Numbered from the stretch's first letter, positions 18,367-25,196 are shown. The stretch: 64,000 nt of DNA from Bacteroidales bacterium (GCA_016285085.1 JAEEQA010000003.1:110-64109); one strand, 5' to 3'. The notes: generated by a model not told the origin, from the sequence alone. Numbers and translations are program-made.

Positions 18367-19671
18367 ATGAGCAACATATTATCCTTGGTCGGACGACCGA
18401 ATGTCGGCAAATCGACACTTTTCAACAGACTGACACAGAGCCGCGAGGCCATCGTGGACTCCATCGCCGGCGTGACCCGCGACCGTAACTACGGCAAGTC
18501 CGACTGGAACGGCTACGAGTTTTCCGTCATCGACACCGGCGGTTACGTGGTCGGCTCCACCGACATCTTCGAGGCCGAAATCCGCAAGCAGGCCGCCCTC
18601 GCCATTGAGGAATCGGACGTCATCGTGCTCGTGGTGGACGGACGCGAGGGACTCTCCCCGCTGGACGAGGAGATCGCCGCCGTGCTGCGCCGTTCCAAGA
18701 AACCGTTCTATCTGGCCGTCAATAAGATTGACAGTCCCTCCAACTTTTTCGACTACAGCGAGTTCTATGCTCTCGGCGTGGACGATCTTTTCCCGATTTC
18801 CGCTGTCTCGGGCAGCGGCACCGGTGAATTGCTGGACGCTGTGGTCAAGCATTTCTCCCACGAGGAGGACCACATCATCGACGAACTGCCGAAAATCACG
18901 GTGGTGGGCAAGCCCAACGTGGGCAAGTCCTCCATCATCAACACCTTCCTTGGCGAAGACCGTCACATCGTCACCCCCATCGCCGGCACCACCCGCGACT
19001 CCATCTTCACCCGCTACACCGGTTTCGGTTTTGACTTCTATCTCGTTGATACGGCGGGGCTTCGCAAAAAGAAAAAGGTGGAAGAAAACCTCGAGTTCTA
19101 CTCCGTGATGCGGGCCATCCGCGCCATTGAAAACAGCGATGTCTGCATCCTGATGTGCGATGCCTCCACCGGCTTCGATGCGCAGGACCTCAACATTTTC
19201 AGCCTCTGCGCCCGCAACAAGAAGGGCATCGTGGTGGTGATGAACAAGTGGGACCTCATCGAAAAGGACAACAAGACGCACGACCAGTACGAAGCCCTGA
19301 TTCGGCAACGTATCGAACCGTTCGACGACGTGCCGATCATCTTCACCTCCGTCATCAACAAGCAACGGATTTACAAGGTGTTGGACACGGCCATCCAGGT
19401 ACACAAGAGCCGGCAGCGCCGCATTCCCACCTCCGAGCTGAACGACTACCTCCTGCCGCTGATCCAGGCCACCCCGCCCCCAATCAACCGCGACAAGGTC
19501 ATCCGCATCAAGTTCGTGACGCAACTGCCGACCGTCACACCCTCCTTCGCCTTCTTCTGCAACCTGCCGCAGTATGTGAAAGAGTCGTACCAACGGTATT
19601 TGGAGAACCGCATCCGCGAGAAGTGGGACTTCCACGGCGTGCCGATCGAGATTTATTTCAGACAGAAGTAG
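18367..19671 (+). CDS. der: Ribosome biogenesis GTPase Der (EngA)
   Basis: 434 aa. Two tandem GTPase domains (GRPNVGKST, GKPNVGKSS) plus a KH-like C-terminus. Confidence 0.95.
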   Translation: MSNILSLVGRPNVGKSTLFNRLTQSREAIVDSIAGVTRDRNYGKSDWNGYEFSVIDTGGYVVGSTDIFEAEIRKQAALAIEESDVIVLVVDGREGLSPLDEEIAAVLRRSKKPFYLAVNKIDSPSNFFDYSEFYALGVDDLFPISAVSGSGTGELLDAVVKHFSHEEDHIIDELPKITVVGKPNVGKSSIINTFLGEDRHIVTPIAGTTRDSIFTRYTGFGFDFYLVDTAGLRKKKKVEENLEFYSVMRAIRAIENSDVCILMCDASTGFDAQDLNIFSLCARNKKGIVVVMNKWDLIEKDNKTHDQYEALIRQRIEPFDDVPIIFTSVINKQRIYKVLDTAIQVHKSRQRRIPTSELNDYLLPLIQATPPPINRDKVIRIKFVTQLPTVTPSFAFFCNLPQYVKESYQRYLENRIREKWDFHGVPIEIYFRQK

Positions 19672-19993
19672 CTCGCTGACGCTCGCATTCCTTTATTTTG
19701 GTTCGCTGACGCTCACCATTTTCAATTTTTGTTCGCTGGCGCGAACATTTGGGCAGGCTTACGCCTGCATTTTGCTCGCTGACGCTCGCATTGTGAGGAA
19801 AACGGTATCGTACCGTGTTTCTGGTACTCTCGGAAGAAAAAAACCACCTCGGAGAGGTGAGATTTTATTAACCCCTTACAAGGCGGCACGAAGTGACGCC
19901 GCAGTATGGGGATTGCGAGGCCCTCGCGCATCCGCCCGCGACACGGGCGGCAGATACGAAAGAACACCACAGGTGTGCCGCGGAAAAAGGGAG
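19671..19993. repeat. Repeat B, copy 1 (5 GCTCGC-type units + GC-rich hairpin module)
   Basis: Aligns by eye with 22623-22996 along its whole length. Starts at the der stop codon. Confidence 0.85.
19837..19868. terminator. Candidate bidirectional terminator inside repeat B1 (A7 - CACCTC ggA GAGGTG - AGATTTTATT)
   Basis: 6-bp GC-rich stem flanked by an A-run and a T-rich run. Lies between convergent der and OMP paralog 1. Same hairpin in B2 at about 22845-22860. Confidence 0.5.
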
Positions 19994-20047
19994 ATTCCGA
20001 TGTGTGGAATGAAGGGATGTTGAGTAGCGGCACTACTACCATTCCCT

Positions 20048-20599
20048 TCAAAACGTGTACCGTATTCCCAGGCACACGTTCCAGTCGAAATGGTGCCAGC
20101 GGACATTGTCCTTGATGAAAACACCATAGCCCGGACGGAAATCCAGCTGCACCGCCAACGGGATTTTGAAAACATACTCCAATCCCGCAATGACATTGGC
20201 ACCCAATTTTCCACCCTTGGCAATTCCTCTTTTGGCATCATACTTGTAACCTCTGGCATAATCTTCCAACGTGCCAAGATATGAAAACCACCAATTATAA
20301 CCGATTGACACTCCACCACCTACAAAAACATACCAATGAGGATTAAATTGTCCCTCATACATCAAATTGGGATTCAATACTACTGAGGACACCGTGACAT
20401 TACTCCAGTCTTCTCCACCCGTACACATGATCTGCAATCCCATATCGGCACTAAAGGCCACCTTTTCTGCCCAGAATGTCTTGTAAGAAAAGCCCCACAT
20501 CGTGCAACCAATCCCGCCGACACTATGCCGGTAGGGCGGTTGCGCCTGCAACGCCAATCCCGCAGCCATCAAGAATACCCAAAGGAGGATTTTTTTCAT
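20048..20599 (-). CDS. Small outer-membrane beta-barrel protein, paralog 1 (OmpX/OmpW-size)
   Basis: 183 aa. Signal peptide ...LALQAQ, alternating amphipathic strands, and C-terminal ...GIRYTF. Paralog of 23025..23573 and 24467..25021. Confidence 0.6.
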   Translation of the reverse strand: MKKILLWVFLMAAGLALQAQPPYRHSVGGIGCTMWGFSYKTFWAEKVAFSADMGLQIMCTGGEDWSNVTVSSVVLNPNLMYEGQFNPHWYVFVGGGVSIGYNWWFSYLGTLEDYARGYKYDAKRGIAKGGKLGANVIAGLEYVFKIPLAVQLDFRPGYGVFIKDNVRWHHFDWNVCLGIRYTF

Positions 20600-20601
20600 A
20601 A

Positions 20602-20636
20602 GTTTTTATGACCTGACATTTCGAGTGCGTTAAAAC
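20602..20636 (-). repeat. 35-nt repeat A, copy 1 (GTTTTAACGCACTCGAAATGTCAGGTCATAAAAAC on minus strand)
   Basis: Read directly. Identical to the other three copies. Ends 2 nt before the ATG of OMP paralog 1. Confidence 0.95.
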
Positions 20637-20652
20637 TCATGAGCAGAATAGA

Positions 20653-20874
20653 TCAGTTCTTAAAAATATCATCATAGGCTGCATATGTAAAAGATAGTGA
20701 GATAAGTATTGAAGAAATTACTATAATAAGCCAATTCTGCTTAATCTCAATCCAAGATAAAGGTCCGATACCCTTACTACTAAAAGAATGGTATAATAAT
20801 ACGTCTATTGTAATAGTGAACACAAAAGTTATAGAAAAAAGCAAGATTTTATTTTTTATTTTCTTTTTTTTCAT
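20653..20874 (-). CDS. Hypothetical 73-aa two-TM membrane peptide (AT-rich cassette)
   Basis: ORF track. Lys-rich N-terminus and two hydrophobic helices. Lies between two identical 35-nt repeats. Low GC. Confidence 0.35.
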   Translation of the reverse strand: MKKKKIKNKILLFSITFVFTITIDVLLYHSFSSKGIGPLSWIEIKQNWLIIVISSILISLSFTYAAYDDIFKN

Positions 20875-20894
20875 CAGAATTTGAATTACTTCTA

Positions 20895-20910
20895 AGTTTT
20901 AACGCACTCG
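20895..20910 (+). repeat. Partial (16-nt) inverted copy of repeat A
   Basis: GTTTTAACGCACTCGA on the plus strand, abutting full copy 2. Forms a perfect 16-bp inverted repeat with the far end of copy 2. Confidence 0.9.
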
Positions 20911-20945
20911 AGTTTTTATGACCTGACATTTCGAGTGCGTTAAAA
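20911..20945 (-). repeat. 35-nt repeat A, copy 2
   Basis: Read directly. Identical 35-mer. Confidence 0.95.
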
Positions 20946-21002
20946 CACTAATTTTCCCATTAGTATTCGTCCTCATAATAAGAGGAAGTCTTATTTCTGA
21001 CT

Positions 21003-21488
21003 TTATTCAAAAAAATACGTGTACTCTACAATTACAGGATATACATGTGTGCAAGCACCACCATTGGTAGGGAAACTATCAAAAGACAGCAAACCAGTAA
21101 CATAACATTTTCTTGAGATATCTACAGTGTCTGGAATATAACCCGAATAATAGTCCAATCGGACAGAAATCTCTGGTGGCTGGTTTCCGATACTTTGTAC
21201 TGCATATTCAGGATCGTCTGTAAGAAACCACTCCCCATTTTCCCAACTTCTTTTATCAAACCATCCACAGACCCGAATGGTGTCTCGATATAACTGATTC
21301 ATTATTTTGTTGTCCTGTCCCACAAAAAATGAATAATTGTATTTAATCGCCTTGCAGGTATTGTAGCCTGTCTCGGAAAGGGGTGGAATATCCTTGTCCT
21401 TCCATTTGTTGTGGCACTGCTTCTCGCAAGAAACGAAAAAAATGGCAATCATTAATGCAAGGAAATACAGATTAACTATTCTTTTCAT
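21003..21488 (-). CDS. Hypothetical lipoprotein (161 aa)
   Basis: MKRIVNLYFLALMIAIFFVSC lipobox. Cys-rich. Lower GC than surroundings. No family recognised. Confidence 0.5.
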   Translation of the reverse strand: MKRIVNLYFLALMIAIFFVSCEKQCHNKWKDKDIPPLSETGYNTCKAIKYNYSFFVGQDNKIMNQLYRDTIRVCGWFDKRSWENGEWFLTDDPEYAVQSIGNQPPEISVRLDYYSGYIPDTVDISRKCYVTGLLSFDSFPTNGGACTHVYPVIVEYTYFFE

Positions 21489-21630
21489 GATAAAATGAAT
21501 TTAAAGTTGTGATTAGAATTTGCCACCTTAACGAGACCCGATACGCCAATATTGCCCCTATTTTTCAATATTTAATCCCTCACGCCGGAAATGTGAACCC
21601 TATTGAGGGGATAAGGTGGTACAGAACACC

Positions 21631-21680
21631 TGTAGGGATGTCATATTATGGCATCCCTACAATTTATGGCATCCCTACAA
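21631..21680. repeat. REP-like hairpin, GGGATG family, plus duplicated right arm
   Basis: TGTAGGGATGTCATATTATGGCATCCCTACAA, followed by a second TATGGCATCCCTACAA. Confidence 0.85.
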
Positions 21681-21716
21681 TGACGCATTTAAATAACAAC
21701 AATGGTCGTATTGTTG

Positions 21717-21744
21717 GTAGAGACGCAAAATTTTGCGTCTCTAC
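21717..21744. repeat. REP-like hairpin, GAGACG family
   Basis: Perfect palindrome GTAGAGACGCAAAATTTTGCGTCTCTAC. Confidence 0.9.
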
Positions 21745-21762
21745 AATTACGTCACACAAAAA

Positions 21763-22587
21763 TCACCTCCGCCTCAGCTGCCAGAACGCCACCGCGGAGG
21801 CCGCAGCCACATTGAGGGAATCCACGTTGTGGAACATCGGGATGCGCACCACATAGTCGCAGCCGCTGATGGTACGTGCCGACAGGCCGTCGCCTTCGGT
21901 GCCCATGATCACCGCCAGCCGCTCGGTCGCGGCCAGCGCCGGGTCTTCGATAGAGACGGAGTTGTCCGACAGCGCCATCGCCGCCGTCTTGAAACCGAGC
22001 CGCCGGAGCCGCTCCATTCCCGCGTCGGGCCAGTCGGTGTGGACCTCGCCGATGTACGCCCACGGGATCTGGAACACCGTGCCCATGCTCACCCGCACCG
22101 TGCGCCGGTTGAGCGGGTCGCAGCTGGTGGGTGTCAGCAGCACGGCGTCGAAGCCGAGGGCGGCGGCGGAACGGAAGATGGCCCCGACGTTGGTGTTGTC
22201 CACCACATTGTCGAGCACCACGATACGGCGGGCGCCGTCGCACACCTCCTCCACTGTCCGTGGCTTCGGGCGGCGCATCGCACAAAGCACGCCGCGGGTC
22301 AGCCAATAACCGGCCAGCTCGGAGAGCAGCGACACCTCGCCCGTGTAGATGGGGATGTCACCGCAACGGGCAATCAGCTCGCGGGCGTCGCCTTCGATGT
22401 GGCGCTCCGCCATCAGCATCGCCAGCGGCTCGCACCCTTCGTCCAGCGCCACCTTGATCACCTTCGGACTCTCGGCGATGAAAATTCCCTTTTCCGGATC
22501 CAGGCGGTTGCGGAGTTGCGTTTCCGTCAGTTTGGAGAACACCTCCACGCCCGGAGCAGAAAGATCGGTGATGCGTACGATATTCAT
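21763..22587 (-). CDS. TrmH/SpoU family RNA 2'-O-methyltransferase
   Basis: Start moved to ATG 22587 (MNIVRITD...), just downstream of a TACCTTTG box. Motifs VVLDNVVDNTNVGAIFRSAAALG, IMGTEGDGLS and SLNVAAA. Confidence 0.85.
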   Translation of the reverse strand: MNIVRITDLSAPGVEVFSKLTETQLRNRLDPEKGIFIAESPKVIKVALDEGCEPLAMLMAERHIEGDARELIARCGDIPIYTGEVSLLSELAGYWLTRGVLCAMRRPKPRTVEEVCDGARRIVVLDNVVDNTNVGAIFRSAAALGFDAVLLTPTSCDPLNRRTVRVSMGTVFQIPWAYIGEVHTDWPDAGMERLRRLGFKTAAMALSDNSVSIEDPALAATERLAVIMGTEGDGLSARTISGCDYVVRIPMFHNVDSLNVAAASAVAFWQLRRR

Positions 22588-22605
22588 ATTCTCAGTTTTG
22601 GACGG

Positions 22606-22613
22606 CAAAGGTA
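22606..22613 (-). promoter_or_regulatory. -7 box TACCTTTG upstream of trmH-family gene
   Basis: 18 nt before ATG 22587. The repeat B2 array begins 9 nt further upstream. Confidence 0.55.
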
Positions 22614-22622
22614 CGATTTTTT

Positions 22623-22996
22623 GGCTCGCTTGCACTCACATTTTTGATTTTGCTCACTGCGTTCGCATTTGGGCTCGCTAACGCTCGCATTCGTTGATTT
22701 GGATTCGCTTGCGCTCACCATTTTCAATTTTTGTTCGCTGGCGCGAACATTTGGGCAGGCTGTCGCCTGCATTTTGCTCGCTAACGCTCGCATTGTGAGG
22801 GAAACGGTATCGTGCCGTGTTTCTGGCACTCTCGGAAGGAAAATCCACCTCGGAGAGGTGAGATTTTATTAACCCCTTACAAGGCAGAACGAAGTGACGC
22901 CGCAGTATGGGGATTGCGAGGCCCTCGCGCGTCCGCCCGCGGCACGGGCGGCAGATACGAAAGAATACCGCAGGTGATGCCGCGGAAAAAGGGAGA
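22623..22996. repeat. Repeat B, copy 2 (7 GCTCGC-type units + GC-rich hairpin module)
   Basis: Longest copy. Lies between the OMP paralog 2 stop and the trmH-family promoter. Confidence 0.85.
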
Positions 22997-23024
22997 GGTA
23001 TGGTCGAAGGTTATACCATTCCCT

Positions 23025-23573
23025 TCAGAACGTGTACCTCACCCCTGCATTGACACTCCAGTCGAAATGATGCCAGATATAATCTGGAATATCATTGAAG
23101 AATATTCCATAGCCCGGACGGAAGTCAAACTGCAGAGTGAGAGGGATATTCAGCTTATACTCCAATCCCAGCATGGCATTGACCCCGAACTTAGCCATAT
23201 CCCAATGGAAATGATTAACATCAGGACGCCAACAATCCCAAGAATAACCTAGACTCACACCACCACCGGCAAAGCCATAAAGTCCCGATACGAAGTTGCC
23301 TTCATACAAGAAGTTAGGGTTTAGCTCCAGATTCCAGAAATCATAAGATTTACATTTCGGATCGTGGTTTTGTCCCTCACTGTCAGTACAAAGAATTTTG
23401 GTCCCTAGGTCCACTTGGATGGCGAAATGGTCGGTTACAAAAGTCTTGTAGGAGAAGGCCTGCATACTTCCAAGCGTGGCACCGATACTGTGTTTGTACG
23501 GAGTTTGGGCTTTCAAAGTACCCACTAAGCAGAAAATGGCGCAAATGGCTGTGACAAAGATTTTTCTTTTCAT
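23025..23573 (-). CDS. Small outer-membrane beta-barrel protein, paralog 2
   Basis: 182 aa. Signal peptide ...GTLKAQ and C-terminal GVRYTF. Very similar to paralog 3 except for three blocks. Confidence 0.65.
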   Translation of the reverse strand: MKRKIFVTAICAIFCLVGTLKAQTPYKHSIGATLGSMQAFSYKTFVTDHFAIQVDLGTKILCTDSEGQNHDPKCKSYDFWNLELNPNFLYEGNFVSGLYGFAGGGVSLGYSWDCWRPDVNHFHWDMAKFGVNAMLGLEYKLNIPLTLQFDFRPGYGIFFNDIPDYIWHHFDWSVNAGVRYTF

Positions 23574-23603
23574 GATAAAATGAATTTGAATTTGTGATTA
23601 GAA

Positions 23604-23638
23604 GTTTTAACGCACTCGAAATGTCAGGTCATAAAAAC
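23604..23638 (+). repeat. 35-nt repeat A, copy 3
   Basis: Read directly. Identical 35-mer. Begins 30 nt upstream of the ATG of OMP paralog 2. Confidence 0.95.
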
Positions 23639-23671
23639 CCAAATGCAAAAAACAGAATATCGGAAGTCGGT

Positions 23672-24283
23672 TCATTCAAAAAGGGGAATAAGAAATCTAA
23701 TATAACAATCTGACAACTGTGATTTTTTTGGAAATAAATATACTGGGGAACTATAGATTCTGTTGTATTCATAATTAAAGCGCCTAGCTTGGATATAGAC
23801 TGACAAAAAACAACTGGTGTTGTAGGTGAATATTTTATAATGTGCTTCCCCCTCCTCAATTATTTTGACTATTGAGGAATGTGGCTGCCATTCATCCGTA
23901 AATGAATTTTTTACCCGATAGTAAAGCATACTATCTTTGATTGCAGGTAAAATGACACGATGTAAAAACGTATAGCCAACTTCTTTATGAAATGAATGAG
24001 GTTTTAGCATATTCTTGGCAAATTTTCTTCCGCTGATAGTTTTTTGGGGTATGTCAAGTGTGTCAGACCAATAATACAATTTAGCTTGATTATCAAAAAT
24101 GCGGTTCTTGACGAAAGGAGGATTCTTTTTCAAATTATAAAAACAGTACAGTGTATCAAAGTGTTGAACTGTTGATATGATGACATCTTTTTCTGAATAC
24201 ACATAACTATCTGTCTTCTTTTGAGCCATTGATATTTTACATAAAAACAGCCAAGCAAGACATACTATAAGATGTTTTTTCAT
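23672..24283 (-). CDS. Hypothetical secreted protein (203 aa, AT-rich cassette)
   Basis: Signal peptide MKKHLIVCLAWLFLCKISMAQ. Low GC. Bracketed by two identical 35-nt repeats. No family recognised. Confidence 0.5.
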   Translation of the reverse strand: MKKHLIVCLAWLFLCKISMAQKKTDSYVYSEKDVIISTVQHFDTLYCFYNLKKNPPFVKNRIFDNQAKLYYWSDTLDIPQKTISGRKFAKNMLKPHSFHKEVGYTFLHRVILPAIKDSMLYYRVKNSFTDEWQPHSSIVKIIEEGEAHYKIFTYNTSCFLSVYIQARRFNYEYNRIYSSPVYLFPKKSQLSDCYIRFLIPLFE

Positions 24284-24403
24284 AAAACATTTTATTTTTT
24301 ATATTGGAGTTTACCCTGCATTTCTTCGCCATTTTTTATGCCTGATGTGGTAGCCATAGCATCGCTACTTGTTTTTGGATTGCCGCTTGTTACGGTTCCT
24401 GTG

Positions 24404-24438
24404 GTTTTAACGCACTCGAAATGTCAGGTCATAAAAAC
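24404..24438 (+). repeat. 35-nt repeat A, copy 4
   Basis: Read directly. Identical 35-mer. Lies 28 nt beyond the stop of OMP paralog 3. Confidence 0.95.
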
Positions 24439-24466
24439 GGTATGGTCGAAGGTTATACCATTCCCT

Positions 24467-25021
24467 TCAGAACGTGTACCTCACGCCGGCGTTGACACTC
24501 CAGTCGAAAAAATTCAACTCATTGTTGGGAAGGTCATTGAAGAACATCCCGTAGCCGGGGCGAAAATCAAACTGCAAGGTGAGGGGAATGTTCAGTTTGT
24601 ACTCCAATCCCAGCATGGCATTGACCCCGAACTTACCCATATCCCAATACTCCCCAAAACGAAACACTCCGGGTTTCCATGCATCCCAAGAATAACCCAA
24701 GCTCACGCCACCACCGGCAAAGCCATACAGACCCGCTACAAGGTTGCCTTCATACAAGAAATTGGGATTCAGTTCCAAATCCCAGAAATCAAAAGCTTTC
24801 CATTTCGCACCGTGGTTTTGTCCCTCACCGTCGGTACAAAGAATTTTGGTACCCAAATCTATCTGAATGGCAAAATGATCGGTTACAAAAGTCTTGTAGG
24901 AGAAGGCCTGCATGCTGCCAAGCGTGGCACCAATACTGTGTTTGTAAGGAGCTTGGGCTTTCAAAGTACCCACTAAGCAGAAAATGGCGCAAATGGCTGT
25001 GACAAAGATTTTTCTTTTCAT
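24467..25021 (-). CDS. Small outer-membrane beta-barrel protein, paralog 3
   Basis: 184 aa. Same signal peptide as paralog 2 and C-terminal GVRYTF. Confidence 0.65.
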   Translation of the reverse strand: MKRKIFVTAICAIFCLVGTLKAQAPYKHSIGATLGSMQAFSYKTFVTDHFAIQIDLGTKILCTDGEGQNHGAKWKAFDFWDLELNPNFLYEGNLVAGLYGFAGGGVSLGYSWDAWKPGVFRFGEYWDMGKFGVNAMLGLEYKLNIPLTLQFDFRPGYGMFFNDLPNNELNFFDWSVNAGVRYTF

Positions 25022-25164
25022 GATAAAATGAATTTGAATTTGTGATTAGAATTTGCACCCCATAACGGGAATCGCTGCGGCGATATTGCCCCTGTTTTGC
25101 GGTATTTAATCCCTCACAACAGAAATGTGAACCCTATTGAGGGGATATGATGGTTCAGGACACC

Positions 25165-25196
25165 TGTAGGGATGTCATAATATGGCATCCCTACAA
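25165..25196. repeat. REP-like hairpin, GGGATG family
   Basis: TGTAGGGATGTCATAATATGGCATCCCTACAA. Confidence 0.85.

Larger units (their letters stand above)
21489..21760 (-). repeat. Repeat C, copy 1: conserved ~250-nt upstream module with four hairpins
   Basis: Aligns with 25022-25262. Lies between the trmH-family stop and the lipoprotein ATG. Confidence 0.85.

Noticed and set aside
19772-20023. ORFs inside repeat B (19772..20023 +, 22812..23252 +, 19722..20075 -)
   Set aside because: The B1/B2 alignment contains a 1-nt indel (A7 versus AAAAT), so no frame is conserved. The predicted peptides are Arg/Gly-rich low-complexity sequence.
20602-23638. Invertible (shufflon-like) segment between inverted repeat-A copies switching OMP expression
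   Set aside because: Inversion between 20602/20911 and 23604 would flip 2.7-3 kb, including the trmH-family housekeeping gene. It would not place any OMP gene behind a different promoter, and no invertase gene is nearby. This is not excluded experimentally but is not supported by the geometry.
20602-24438. CRISPR array built from the 35-nt GTTTT...AAAAC repeat
   Set aside because: The spacings between copies are 274, 2658 and 765 bp. The intervening DNA contains full genes, the copies occur in both orientations, and no cas genes or leader are present. It is not an array, although the repeat could match a real CRISPR repeat elsewhere in the genome.
23025-25021. Diversity-generating retroelement acting on the OMP variable blocks
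   Set aside because: There is no reverse transcriptase gene and no template repeat. The differences between paralogs are not adenine-specific.
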